64,000 nucleotides of DNA from contig DJCV01000017.1 in assembly GCA_002430735.1 (NCBI GenBank), forward strand, positions 17,238 through 81,237. The letters are read 5' to 3'. This document shows positions 1 to 9,505 of this stretch, piece after piece. Source of the DNA: Candidatus Woesebacteria bacterium UBA5941. GTDB lineage: Bacteria > Patescibacteriota > Microgenomatia > UBA8517. Within the stretch, counting starts at the first letter, position 1, and the number at the start of each line of letters is the position of its first letter. The position numbers were made by a program, and so were the translations under genes. Below the pieces are notes generated by a model that was not told the origin of the DNA, searched no databases, and saw nothing but the letters and a program-made list of their open reading frames with translations.

Positions 1-353
1 GAGGGGTGAAGCTTTCTGGCGGACAAAAACAACGAATTCAAATTGCGCGAGCAATTCTGCACAATAAACCAATTTTAATTCTTGACGAAGCAACAAGCAG
101 TTTGGATTCAAAGTCAGAACGATTAGTGCAAGACGCGTTAGAGAAACTCTTTAAGAATAAACTCGTTATTATCATCGCGCACCGGTTCTCAACCATTCAA
201 AACGTTGATCGAATTATTGTGCTGGATCACGGGACAATTGCAGACTCAGGAAGACCACATGATCTTGCAAAGAGAAAAGGACTCTATTCAGAACTGTTAC
301 AATACCAAATAGAGGGAAATAAGAAGCTACTGAGCGAATACGACCTTCATTGA
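1..353 (+). CDS. ABC transporter ATP-binding domain, C-terminal fragment (gene starts upstream of window)
   Basis: ABC signature LSGGQKQRIQIARAIL, Walker B ILILDEATS, H-loop IIAHR; frame continues to base 1. Confidence 0.8.
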   Translation, partial: GVKLSGGQKQRIQIARAILHNKPILILDEATSSLDSKSERLVQDALEKLFKNKLVIIIAHRFSTIQNVDRIIVLDHGTIADSGRPHDLAKRKGLYSELLQYQIEGNKKLLSEYDLH

Positions 354-385
354 AACCGTAAATCTTTTCATTTTTGAAAAATATT

Positions 386-778
386 ATGAAAAAACAACCT
401 GCTCCTCACAAAAGAATCCCCGATGGAGTTAAAAAGACATTGTATGCCAATGGTGTCGTCTCTTCAGAAACTGAATATAAAAATGGAAAAAAACATGGTC
501 TTTGTACGATCTATCTCAGTAATGGTCAGATTCGTGCCATTGGAATGTATTTAGATGACAAGATGGCAGGTGAATGGAAATGGTATCGAGCAGATGGAAA
601 GCTTTGGCAAGTGGGTAACTTTAGTGAGGGAGTGAAGGATGGGAAATGGGAGCGGTATGCCCCAACAGGGGAACTGTATGACACCGGGTACTTTACCTTA
701 GGAGAGAAGTCTGGACTGTGGGAACGGTTCGATGCACAGGGGGCTGTTATTAAGTCTCGAACATATCCATCAAAATAA
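386..778 (+). CDS. MORN-repeat / YwqK-like repeat protein
   Basis: Repeated YxNGxxxxExxYKNGKKHG / WxxYxxxGKL units; track start 374 is TTG, first ATG at 386. Confidence 0.5.
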   Translation: MKKQPAPHKRIPDGVKKTLYANGVVSSETEYKNGKKHGLCTIYLSNGQIRAIGMYLDDKMAGEWKWYRADGKLWQVGNFSEGVKDGKWERYAPTGELYDTGYFTLGEKSGLWERFDAQGAVIKSRTYPSK

Positions 779-799
779 ATGATTTGATATTCTTATTGT

Positions 800-1180
800 A
801 TGAACATTCTTGCTCCAATTATTGCTTCATTCACGGGACTTATATTGGGAACATTGTGGTACTCAGTATTGTTTGCGAAACAATGGCAAAAGCTCGCAGG
901 AGTAACTGATGCGCAAATGAGTAAAGGGATGGCGAAGCGTGCACTTGGTTCATACATCCTGACGCTTGTGATGGCATTTAATTTAGCAGCGTTCATGGGG
1001 CCGAACTCAACTCCAGCGTTTGGATTGTTTGCAGGTTTTGCTGCTGGATTTGGCTGGGTTGCAATGGCTTTTGGTACTAATTATTTGTTTGAACAAAAAC
1101 CACTCAAACTATTCCTTATTAACGGAGGATATAACGTATTGCTTCTCACGATCATGGGGTTTGTTATTTCTCTCTTCTAA
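800..1180 (+). CDS. DUF1761-like small membrane protein
   Basis: ATG start; 3-4 TM segments; WYSVLFAKQWQKLAG resembles the DUF1761 N-terminus. Confidence 0.55.
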   Translation: MNILAPIIASFTGLILGTLWYSVLFAKQWQKLAGVTDAQMSKGMAKRALGSYILTLVMAFNLAAFMGPNSTPAFGLFAGFAAGFGWVAMAFGTNYLFEQKPLKLFLINGGYNVLLLTIMGFVISLF

Positions 1181-1214
1181 CGATTACGCTCTAATTTACC
1201 CTGAGTATCACATA

Positions 1215-1247
1215 AAAAGACCCACGAGGGTGTGGGTCTGTGTTTGG
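1215..1247 (+). terminator. rho-independent terminator (GACCCAC-gagggt-GTGGGTC + U-rich tail)
   Basis: Perfect 7-bp stem directly read in sequence 39 nt after the stop at 1180. Confidence 0.5.
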
Positions 1248-1535
1248 ATTACTCCTTATAAAGAAAATTTAAATAAGGTTGCCACAGACATTCACTTAAA
1301 GCATGGGGTTAAATTAAAAAACCCTCAGATTTCCATTCGATTTACCAATGATGAGGATGATGGGAAGGAAGATCGCAATCTTGTGGTTGATAAAATGGTA
1401 CTCGATGGAGTGACATACCAGACAGAGGATGATGACACCTATTCGACTGGAACATATACCAGAGGCGAGGGGTGTACAGACGGTCGCAAGAAATCTGAAA
1501 TACTCAGTTGTGAAGGTTACTTCCGGTATTACTAG
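1245..1535 (+). pseudogene. possible gene remnant; open frame encoding a beta-rich Asp/Thr/Tyr/Gly C-terminal segment with no usable start codon
   Basis: Frame of track ORF 1020..1535; no ATG/GTG/TTG after the terminator; protein-like composition (NLVVDKMVLDGVTYQTEDDDTYSTGTY). Confidence 0.2.
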
Positions 1536-1596
1536 AAACCAGCAGAGCAGTGGCTGCGGGTTACCTGAACGAGATCTTCCTTGGTATACTACAAAA

Positions 1597-2895
1597 ATGC
1601 GCGCTTTTTATCTGCTTCTAGCGAATAACGTCGTTTCATCAATTACAAATTTTACTGTGTGGTTTGCAATTACATACTTTACCTATTTGCAGACGCAATC
1701 AGTGATCGCAACTTCAGTTATTTCTGGACTCTTTTTAGTATCCACTGCCATTTCAGGGTTTTGTTTTGGAGGACTCGTTGATCGATACAAAAAGAAAACA
1801 ATGATGTATGTCTCAAGCATTGCGTCGCTTGTGTTTTACCTTATGAGCTTTGCAATATACCTAACAGCTCCTCAAGGTTCATTTACCTCCATTGAAAGTG
1901 TTGTTTTGTGGGTTTTTGTCCCCATCACAATGTTAGGCGTCATCTCAGGTAACATCCGAAATATTGTGCTTCCAACGCTCATCACAATTCTTGTCCCTGA
2001 AAAAATGCGAGATCGTGCAAACGGAATGGCAGGTACCGCAGGAGGGATATCATTCTTAATTGTTTCTGTGATCAGCGGATTTTTAGTAGGACATTCAGGC
2101 ATGTATTGGGTGCTCATTCTTGCAATCGTTTTGTCACTCGCGTCAATTTTGCACCTGTGGTTTATCTCAGTGCCAGAGAAAGGTCATGTGCATGTGGAAG
2201 GAGTGAGTCATTCACCTGTGAATCTTGATATAAAAGGAACGCTTAAGGCAATCTCTTCGGTCCCTGGTTTGTTTGCCCTTATTTTATTTACGACGTTCAA
2301 TAATTTTATAGGCGGAGTTTTTATGTCGCTTATGGATGCATATGGGTTGTCACTGGTTTCTGTACAAGTGTGGGGGCTTATCTGGGGAGTCCTCAGTATC
2401 GCCTTTATTGTAGGTGGTCTTATTATTGCAAAGTGGGGGTTAGGGAAGAACCCGTTGAAAACATTATTCACTGCAAATGTTTTTATCTGGACAATTTGTA
2501 TCTTTTTTACCATTCAACCGTCTATTGTGTTTCTTGTTGTCGGAATGTTCCTGTACCTTTCAGTGGTCCCATACATAGAAGCGGCTGAACACACGATTAT
2601 CCAGAAGGTGGTAAAGCATGAGCGACAAGGACGGGTGTTTGGATTTGCACAAAGCATTGAGCAAGCAGCGTCACCGCTTACCGCTTTTGCAATAGGGCCC
2701 ATTACGCAACTTGTTTTTATTCCTTTTATGACAACCGGAGCAGGCGTTGATTTAATTGGATCGTGGTTCGGGACAGGTCCTGGGCGAGGAATTGCACTCG
2801 TCTTTACGCTTACTGGGTGTATTGGATTAACCATGACGCTCCTTGCCATGCGTTCCCGGTCATACGCACTGTTGTCACGGCAGTATGTGAAATGA
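1597..2895 (+). CDS. MFS transporter
   Basis: 12 predicted TM helices; internal ATG 1597 follows the upstream stop; TGA stop. Confidence 0.8.
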   Translation: MRAFYLLLANNVVSSITNFTVWFAITYFTYLQTQSVIATSVISGLFLVSTAISGFCFGGLVDRYKKKTMMYVSSIASLVFYLMSFAIYLTAPQGSFTSIESVVLWVFVPITMLGVISGNIRNIVLPTLITILVPEKMRDRANGMAGTAGGISFLIVSVISGFLVGHSGMYWVLILAIVLSLASILHLWFISVPEKGHVHVEGVSHSPVNLDIKGTLKAISSVPGLFALILFTTFNNFIGGVFMSLMDAYGLSLVSVQVWGLIWGVLSIAFIVGGLIIAKWGLGKNPLKTLFTANVFIWTICIFFTIQPSIVFLVVGMFLYLSVVPYIEAAEHTIIQKVVKHERQGRVFGFAQSIEQAASPLTAFAIGPITQLVFIPFMTTGAGVDLIGSWFGTGPGRGIALVFTLTGCIGLTMTLLAMRSRSYALLSRQYVK

Positions 2896-3404
2896 AAAAA
2901 CTACATTTTTCCGCTCCAATCGAAATTCGAGAAGGAAACCCGTATATACTCGTAAAGCATGAGTACGTTACCAAACTGCGGCCAGGATGGAGGAAACCAC
3001 TCCCGGTAGTTATTCAAATAAACGGCGAACCCAAAATTCCGTGGCACATTAATATGATGCCAGTTGGAAACGGAGACTTTTATTTATATCTCCATGGTGA
3101 TGTTCGAAAAGCATCGCAGACCAAAGTGGGCGATACGGTGCTCGTCGATCTCTGGTTTGATGTTACATACCAAACAGGGCCACAGCACCCAATTCCAACC
3201 TGGTTTAGCGATGCGTTAAAAAAGAATGAAACGGCACAAGAAAACTGGGAGAAGCTTATTCCGAGTAGAAAAAAGGAAATACTCCGATACTTCTCATGGT
3301 TAAAATCTGAAGAAGCAATTGATCGGAACCTAAAGCGCGCGCTTCTTGTGCTCTCAGGGAAGCCAGGAAGGTTTATGGCTCGCTCTTGGGAAAACGGTTC
3401 ATAA
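2892..3404 (+). CDS. DUF1905 plus YdeI/OmpD-associated domain protein
   Basis: ATG overlaps the MFS stop (ATGA); PVVIQINGEPKIPWHINMMPVGNGDFYLYLH fits DUF1905; C-terminal KKEILRYFSWLKSEEAIDRNLKRAL fits the YdeI family. Confidence 0.55.
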   Translation: MKKLHFSAPIEIREGNPYILVKHEYVTKLRPGWRKPLPVVIQINGEPKIPWHINMMPVGNGDFYLYLHGDVRKASQTKVGDTVLVDLWFDVTYQTGPQHPIPTWFSDALKKNETAQENWEKLIPSRKKEILRYFSWLKSEEAIDRNLKRALLVLSGKPGRFMARSWENGS

Positions 3405-3423
3405 CTCATGATAAGATACAGGT

Positions 3424-3894
3424 ATGAATGAGTTCGCCGCAAAAAAACTTGGAGAAGTTCTCGCATTTTCTCAAATTGGTGTAACTGTGTTTGAAAAAGG
3501 GGCAACGGCGCTTAATACAGTGCTTGGGGAACATGCAGATTCAGTTGTTTCTTCCCTCAAAACACAGAGTGAAAACATCATTGCGATTGCAGCGGAGGCT
3601 GGGGTTATTGATATCACAAGACTCAAGTCAGAAAAGACGGGTGCTAAGTTATTATCTATGGCTGAGCTTTACATCGGAGATGAATGGGACAACTCAGCTG
3701 AATTATTAGAATGGCTAGGTTTCTTTGAAGGAGCAGCTATTGTGCATTGGAAACTCGTGCATGGTGCAGGAGAAGCGCTTGCACATCAAAAATTAAGCGA
3801 ATTGGCAACAGAAGGGATTACGTTCCATACTGATCTTCTGAATGCTGTTTCTTCTGCAATCGAAGAGTATGCAAAACAAAAAGTTACTGCATAA
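3424..3894 (+). CDS. hypothetical alpha-helical protein
   Basis: ATG start, coding-like composition; no family recognised. Confidence 0.5.
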   Translation: MNEFAAKKLGEVLAFSQIGVTVFEKGATALNTVLGEHADSVVSSLKTQSENIIAIAAEAGVIDITRLKSEKTGAKLLSMAELYIGDEWDNSAELLEWLGFFEGAAIVHWKLVHGAGEALAHQKLSELATEGITFHTDLLNAVSSAIEEYAKQKVTA

Positions 3895-4480
3895 TACTTG
3901 CACCCATTTGCCACTCCTTCACGGATTTCAGAGGACTAATAAGCATTAAGATATTCAGGGTGAGATTATCTCGAATCAAGTATCCAATAGAAACTTCCAT
4001 GACTACAATTAGTATTAAAACCACCCACACGGGGAGTTTTCTTGCAAGATAAAACCCCAATACCATGGCTAAAACATCAACTATTGAGTTAATAATGCTG
4101 TCGCCGTAGTAGTCAAGTGAAATCGTTGTCTCTCTGTACCTGTTTATTATAAAACTACTGTTTTCAACAATTTCCCATCCCACTTCGATTGCAAGTGCGA
4201 GAATGAATGATTGCAAAACGGTAATCCTCTTCAGTATGTATTTCCCTAAATAGTAAAACCCAAAGCCATGAATGATGTGGGAGAATGTGTACCAATCAGT
4301 TAGATGTTGAGAGTTTTCACTGCTCCAAGTCAGTCCATGCCATAGCTTTACGACTCCGCAGGTGCAAATCATGACACGGCCCATTGCGTACTCAGCGATC
4401 GCCATCACTGAAAGCGCAATTGCCGTCAGAGTTACTCCTTGAGTTGGAGTGACTATTTCTCTTCCTTTTTTCGCTTTCAT
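3884..4480 (-). CDS. hypothetical polytopic membrane protein
   Basis: ATG start; 5-6 hydrophobic helices. Confidence 0.5.
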   Translation of the reverse strand: MKAKKGREIVTPTQGVTLTAIALSVMAIAEYAMGRVMICTCGVVKLWHGLTWSSENSQHLTDWYTFSHIIHGFGFYYLGKYILKRITVLQSFILALAIEVGWEIVENSSFIINRYRETTISLDYYGDSIINSIVDVLAMVLGFYLARKLPVWVVLILIVVMEVSIGYLIRDNLTLNILMLISPLKSVKEWQMGASIMQ

Positions 4481-4551
4481 TCTTAAATACTAGCAAAGAG
4501 AGGAGCACTAACTACTCTGTACTTTTTTGTTGAGTTAGGTTACAAATAAAT

Positions 4552-4974
4552 ATGTCAGAACAATCTTCAGAAACAGGAGCACCGAAGCAAAATCTCCCGG
4601 AGGGGTGGGAAGATCAGCCGGGAGGGTTTATTGTTTCTCCAGATGGAAAGGATGTTGTCCGTGTTCCAGTTGGTTCAATAACAAACCCAAACAGAGAAGT
4701 TAAGAACCCTCTTCCGTCAGTGGAGGCGAACCAAATGCCTCAGCCGCAAGTGAAGCCTGAATCTGTTACCGGGCCGATTGAACCAACCATTCCAGAGAGT
4801 GAGCGGGCTATACCGCTAGATTTAAAGGCGTTGCGGGCCAAACTTGCAGAGTCTCAGGAAAAAACGGTAGTTACTCCGGTACAAAGAGCACCAGAAGCGG
4901 TACCTCCTCAAGCACCGGTAGAGGTGAAACAGCCAAGTTTTGGTGAACGAGTGAAATCATTCTTCAAACGATAG
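4552..4974 (+). CDS. Pro/Glu-rich hypothetical protein
   Basis: ATG start; low-complexity P/E/V-rich product. Confidence 0.45.
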   Translation: MSEQSSETGAPKQNLPEGWEDQPGGFIVSPDGKDVVRVPVGSITNPNREVKNPLPSVEANQMPQPQVKPESVTGPIEPTIPESERAIPLDLKALRAKLAESQEKTVVTPVQRAPEAVPPQAPVEVKQPSFGERVKSFFKR

Positions 4975-5053
4975 TAAATACCCCATAGCTTGATCTTCGG
5001 TCAGTTTCGTGCTAGAATATGCTATTCGTTCGCACATTTGAAAGGAATATTTC

Positions 5054-5815
5054 ATGCGTTTTCTAGTCGTGGGCCTAGTTCTCATTGCGGCAGTTTTGAT
5101 TGCACCTACGTTACTTGGAACGGAGGCAATTATTGCCGACACTGTTACAAGTACCCCACTTCCGGTTCCCACCGGATCGCCAGAATCAGTTATTGTGACC
5201 GAGCAGTTGGTCAGTGTTAGTGCATCATATTACTTGGATTCAGATCCTGACGGCGCAGCCATTCTGGTAAAGCAATTCGAATTTGATGCCCAAGAAGTAA
5301 CCATCCTTGTTGGGATTAAGGGTCTTGATGAGTTTGCTTTTCAGTTTGGTATGTTACTGGGGAAACCGATAGAAGCGGTGTACTGCGGATATGAATGCCA
5401 AATGTCCGCTGCAACAAGTGGTGATTTTGAACTCCGCAAAGAGTGGATTAAGAATATGAAGCTGTATGTTCTGTTTGAAGACGGGACCTACGCACGGATT
5501 TTGCTCACAACCCCCTCGGACGCTGAGTGCCAAATCTTAGGAATATATATTGACTCGTCATTGATGCTACATGCGCACATTCTGGATTATGACGGGGTCG
5601 AAAAGACCAGTTTGTGGCAGATCGAAGGCAATACTGTGACTGAAATCGAAGAGCTGCCCTATGTGGAAGACCTCCCGTTCAAAGCGTATAGTTTCTCAGA
5701 CGGCGTTGGTACATCAGTGGGATACGTTGCACTCATAAGCGACAGGAACGACGTTGCCATTGCTGACCCGAACGACAAAATGATCGATCGAGCGTATCCT
5801 TGCATTACAGGATAG
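5054..5815 (+). CDS. secreted hypothetical protein (N-terminal signal peptide)
   Basis: MRFLVVGLVLIAAVLIAPTLLG hydrophobic leader. Confidence 0.55.
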   Translation: MRFLVVGLVLIAAVLIAPTLLGTEAIIADTVTSTPLPVPTGSPESVIVTEQLVSVSASYYLDSDPDGAAILVKQFEFDAQEVTILVGIKGLDEFAFQFGMLLGKPIEAVYCGYECQMSAATSGDFELRKEWIKNMKLYVLFEDGTYARILLTTPSDAECQILGIYIDSSLMLHAHILDYDGVEKTSLWQIEGNTVTEIEELPYVEDLPFKAYSFSDGVGTSVGYVALISDRNDVAIADPNDKMIDRAYPCITG

Positions 5816-5879
5816 ATATGCTCGCAGCCTCTCTGGCGACAGGGAGGCATTTTTTTGTTCATCAGTTGTAGAATAACCT

Positions 5880-6329
5880 ATGTATTCTGGAATAAGTGTT
5901 TATGAATCAGATCTCGAAACCGTTTTAGCCGTTCACAAGCAAATCCCTGAATTTCAGGAAAATCCTCCATACACGATAGATGAATTTTCTTCACACCTTG
6001 GAAATGCGAAGTCTCTTATTTTGGTAGCTTTTATCGATGAAAATCCAGTTGGTTACACCATTGGGTTTGATCGATTTAACGACGGGTCATTTTATAGCTG
6101 GGTAGGGGGAGTAATTCCGACAGCTCGAACACTCGGGGTATATTCAGCTCTTCGATCCAAACAGGAGCAGTGGGCAAAGAATAAAGGTTTTACTTCAATC
6201 AAAATAAAAACACGGAATAGACGTGTTGAGATGCGGATAACCTTGGCCAAACGTGGATACAATATAATCGGCTTTGAAGAAAAACCAAATGTCCTCGATA
6301 ATCGGTTGCTTCATGAAAAAAAGTTATGA
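5880..6329 (+). CDS. GNAT family N-acetyltransferase
   Basis: Acetyl-CoA binding-like segment (GVYSALRSKQEQWAKNKG) and size typical of GNAT. Confidence 0.6.
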   Translation: MYSGISVYESDLETVLAVHKQIPEFQENPPYTIDEFSSHLGNAKSLILVAFIDENPVGYTIGFDRFNDGSFYSWVGGVIPTARTLGVYSALRSKQEQWAKNKGFTSIKIKTRNRRVEMRITLAKRGYNIIGFEEKPNVLDNRLLHEKKL

Positions 6330-6351
6330 GCATTTTTTACTGAACCAACAA

Positions 6352-6380
6352 TTGACTTTGAGCTTGGTTTGGCATAAGAT
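6352..6380 (+). promoter_or_regulatory. sigma70-like promoter TTGACT-17nt-TAAGAT
   Basis: Hexamers at 6352-6357 and 6375-6380 with 17-nt spacer, 40 nt upstream of the GT2 start. Confidence 0.4.
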
Positions 6381-6420
6381 CAGTGTCTCGCAAAGGATTA
6401 ATATATAAGGATCACCCAAT

Positions 6421-7743
6421 ATGACTCACGAAAAGATTGTTCATACGCTTCGTAAACACCACCAAAACCTTGAAGGTAAAGCGGTTGATTACAAGGATCC
6501 TCAGTATCTCGCACTTGCCAGACAAATTGCCGATGAAATTATGGCAGAAGGACTGAACGTCGTTCAGCTTACGGATTTAGAGAAACATTTGTCTCTTGAA
6601 ACCGTTAAGCAGACTTACGTAAATCTCATCCATCTCGCAGTAAAGTTGGCAAAGGCAAAGGCGATTATTCAATCGCTGAGCGGGAAGCACATTTCTATCG
6701 TCATGCCAGCCTACGGCGAAAATATCCGTATGATGCCACGAGGAACCACTGATGGTACTCATCCAAACGGTGAAAATTTCATTATTGAGAAGTCCCGTCA
6801 GTTAAAGTGGTTGTTCGACGGCGCGAAAAACACGTACCAAGTCTTTATTGTGGATGACATGTCAAAACCAGATCCGCTCACCAGCGGAGACGCAGCTCGA
6901 AAGGTCATCACCGATAACAAAGTTCCACACTTTACCGTTTTGTATTTGAAAGACGGTGTTGAATCCGAAAAAGGCAAAGAAGGTATTGTTGGCCACGCGC
7001 TGAAAGGTGTTAATTTCCCAAAGAACACCAAAAAAGCAGGTGCCGTCTATTACGGTTGCGCAAAGGCAATCGAAAAGTATGGGACAGGTGAAAACCACAT
7101 TGTCGTTATCACTGACTGTGATTTATCTGTTGATTTAGTGCAGGTTGGGAACCTTGTTCAGCCAATTGTCATGGATAATGCTGCAGCTGCAGCAGGATCA
7201 CGACGCTTGCCAGAATCTATTTTGGAAATTGTTGGTAGTCGCAATCTGCGCGCGAACGCAGCTCGTTATTTCCGACAATTGCTGTTACCTGGTTTGTTAC
7301 CAAAGGACACACAGTGCGGTGCAAAGGCATTTTCAGCAAAAGCATTGTCAGATGCCATTATGGCTGATCGCAAAGTGTTGGATTTTGCTTTTGATATCGA
7401 ACTTTTGACCCTTGTTGCATTGCAAAACGGTGCAGAGAAAATCGTTCCTGTCGCAGTTGCGTGGTTTGATAGCGCAGAGCTCACAACGACTGATAGTTCT
7501 GTGCACTTTAGAATCATGGAAGCGCAGCGGGAAATTGCTGTGGCAAATAAGACTGGTTCTGGGGAAGTCTTTGATAAATTGGTCGAGGTTTCAGAACTCC
7601 TCACAGAGAGTGAAGAAACTTGGCTCGCGTTCCTTGCGCAGCTTGAGAACAACGCTCGGTTGCAGGAAGCTATGCAGTCTTTTGATACCAGTATCTTGGA
7701 TGAGCTGAAAGCGCTCATTCAGACACCAGCCAAAACGGCATAA
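6421..7743 (+). CDS. family 2 glycosyltransferase (DPM1/GpgS-like) with ~120-aa C-terminal extension
   Basis: ISIVMPAYGEN (GT2 N-terminus), VFIVDDMS, VVITDCDLS (DxD), QCGAKAF. Confidence 0.7.
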   Translation: MTHEKIVHTLRKHHQNLEGKAVDYKDPQYLALARQIADEIMAEGLNVVQLTDLEKHLSLETVKQTYVNLIHLAVKLAKAKAIIQSLSGKHISIVMPAYGENIRMMPRGTTDGTHPNGENFIIEKSRQLKWLFDGAKNTYQVFIVDDMSKPDPLTSGDAARKVITDNKVPHFTVLYLKDGVESEKGKEGIVGHALKGVNFPKNTKKAGAVYYGCAKAIEKYGTGENHIVVITDCDLSVDLVQVGNLVQPIVMDNAAAAAGSRRLPESILEIVGSRNLRANAARYFRQLLLPGLLPKDTQCGAKAFSAKALSDAIMADRKVLDFAFDIELLTLVALQNGAEKIVPVAVAWFDSAELTTTDSSVHFRIMEAQREIAVANKTGSGEVFDKLVEVSELLTESEETWLAFLAQLENNARLQEAMQSFDTSILDELKALIQTPAKTA

Positions 7744-7768
7744 TTGTTTCCTTTGAGGAAGTAATTTG

Positions 7769-7799
7769 TCTCCCAACTATGTGGTTGGGAGATATTTTT
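7769..7799 (+). terminator. rho-independent terminator (TCTCCCAAC-tatgtg-GTTGGGAGA + TATTTTT)
   Basis: Perfect 9-bp stem then T-run, 26 nt after the GT2 stop. Confidence 0.65.
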
Positions 7800-7838
7800 G
7801 TCTAAAAAAAGTAATGCAAAATATATTTACTTCATATA

Positions 7839-7847
7839 TGCTATAAT
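7839..7847 (+). promoter_or_regulatory. extended -10 element TGCTATAAT, 8 nt upstream of the pyk ATG (probable leaderless transcript)
   Basis: TGnTATAAT read directly; no SD between it and the ATG at 7856. Confidence 0.35.
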
Positions 7848-7855
7848 TCTCGACC

Positions 7856-9256
7856 ATGAAGAGAACAAAGATTGTAGCGACCTTAGGGCCAGCTTCACAA
7901 AACGAAAAGACATTAAAAGACTTGCTTTTGGCAGGGGTTGATGTCGTTCGGCTTAATTTTTCCCACGGAAACTTAGAACAAAAAACTGAAGCGATTACAT
8001 TAGTTCGCGCGATGGCTGAAAAAGTTAAGAAAGAAGTTGCAATCCTAGCTGATCTTCCTGGACCTAAACTTCGGCTTGGGGAAGTGGACGGAACGTTTAA
8101 CATTAAAAAGGGAGACGTATTAACGTTTGGTTTGAACGGGACTGAAGACCTTCCGATTCAGTATGACTTCACAAAAGCGGTCAAAGAAGGACAGCGGATG
8201 TTTTTAAACGACGGGCTTATTGAACTCACTATTCTTTCAACTAAAAAAGGTGTCGTTACTGCAAAAGCGAAAAATAGCGGATGGGTTACGTCAAGAAAAG
8301 GTATTAATTTACCAGAAACTATTTTAGAAGGAGCTGCATTTACCAAAGAAGACAGAGAAGCTGCTAAATTCGCAATCGAGTCTGGAGTTGAATTTATCGC
8401 TCTCTCATTCGTGCAATCAGCTGCTGATATTGAGATGTTAAGAACTCTCATTAAAGAGAAGAAAAGCAGAGTAAAGATTATTGCGAAAATCGAAAAACCA
8501 GAAGCAGTGAAGAATATTGAAGCAATTGTCATGGCCGCAGATGGAATTATGGTTGCACGAGGGGACTTAGCAATTGAAACGTCACCTGCTCAAGTTCCAC
8601 TCATTCAACAAAAAATTATTGTCCTTGGACGCCAATATCAAAAGCCAGTCATAGTTGCCACTCAAATGCTTGAAAGCATGATTGAAAACCCTCGACCAAC
8701 TCGAGCTGAAGCTTCAGATGTTGCAAACGCTGTTATTTCTCAAGTAGACGCTGTTATGTTGTCTGCTGAAAGTGCGTCAGGGAAATACCCTGTTGAGGCT
8801 GTTTCTACGATGAGTACTATTATCGCTGCAGTTGAAGCTGATCCTGAATTTAGACGGTACATAAAAATTAATTGGGAGAAACTACATTTCCGTGATTTGC
8901 GTATGAATGCATTGGTCGCATCAAGCGCATCACTCGCATACCGATTGCAAGCTCCGGTTATTGCAATTGGCACAGTGACGGGTAAGAGTGCACAACAGTT
9001 GTCATCTTTCAGACCAAATGCGTTTATTTCAGCCTTAACGCACGATGACTACATCGCTCGACAGCTAGTATTATCATGGGGCGTATATCCAGTTGTGGTC
9101 CCAGAAAATGCTGAGAGCCATACATTTGAAACAACAATGGTAGATGCCTTACGCAAGCGAAAGTTTGTGAAAAAAGGAGAGACCGCTGTTCTTGTGTGGG
9201 GTTCAAAGATTGGAATTTCAGGAACCACTAATACAGTTCGTACGGTAACCCTCTGA
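7856..9256 (+). CDS. pyk: pyruvate kinase
   Basis: MKRTKIVATLGPAS, NFSHG, MVARGDLAIE, full-length 466 aa. Confidence 0.95.
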   Translation: MKRTKIVATLGPASQNEKTLKDLLLAGVDVVRLNFSHGNLEQKTEAITLVRAMAEKVKKEVAILADLPGPKLRLGEVDGTFNIKKGDVLTFGLNGTEDLPIQYDFTKAVKEGQRMFLNDGLIELTILSTKKGVVTAKAKNSGWVTSRKGINLPETILEGAAFTKEDREAAKFAIESGVEFIALSFVQSAADIEMLRTLIKEKKSRVKIIAKIEKPEAVKNIEAIVMAADGIMVARGDLAIETSPAQVPLIQQKIIVLGRQYQKPVIVATQMLESMIENPRPTRAEASDVANAVISQVDAVMLSAESASGKYPVEAVSTMSTIIAAVEADPEFRRYIKINWEKLHFRDLRMNALVASSASLAYRLQAPVIAIGTVTGKSAQQLSSFRPNAFISALTHDDYIARQLVLSWGVYPVVVPENAESHTFETTMVDALRKRKFVKKGETAVLVWGSKIGISGTTNTVRTVTL

Positions 9257-9345
9257 CACGCTTCTTACCGTTTCTTCATGATCCTCGCACTCATTCTTTC
9301 CATACTTAACGGTATATAGATCAGTACGTTAAGGAGGTGACAGTT

Positions 9346-9492
9346 ATGGGAATACTCGACATTATTATCATATTACTAATCGTTTCATGGCTTGGAGGGT
9401 TTGCACTTCACATTGGTGGAGGCCTTATTCACATTATCCTCGTTATCGCAGTGCTCGTGTTTTTAGCGCGACTTTTAGGATTCAGCATATAA
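9346..9492 (+). CDS. lmo0937-family small membrane protein (48 aa); not in the ORF track
   Basis: AGGAGGTG RBS 7 nt upstream of ATG; MGILDIIIILLIVSWLGGFALHIGGGLIHIILVIAVLVFLARLLGFSI matches the lmo0937 family pattern. Confidence 0.6.
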   Translation: MGILDIIIILLIVSWLGGFALHIGGGLIHIILVIAVLVFLARLLGFSI

Positions 9493-9505
9493 AAACACCC
9501 TATTT

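Noticed and set aside
1020-1180. 5' part of track ORF 1020..1535 (TTG start)
   Set aside because: It overlaps the DUF1761-like gene in another frame, and a terminator hairpin lies inside it. Only the 3' part past the terminator looks protein-like, and that part has no start.
2208-2849. Antisense ORFs inside large well-supported genes (examples: 2208..2849-, 7266..7718-, 42423..42740-, 43767..44102-, 55555..55813-)
   Set aside because: They are fully embedded in genes with strong motif support on the other strand. They have no RBS and show biased, non-protein-like composition.
4552-4974. Pro-rich stretches (also 46988..47347) as DNA repeats
   Set aside because: This is low-complexity coding sequence. 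No tandem nucleotide repeat unit could be identified.
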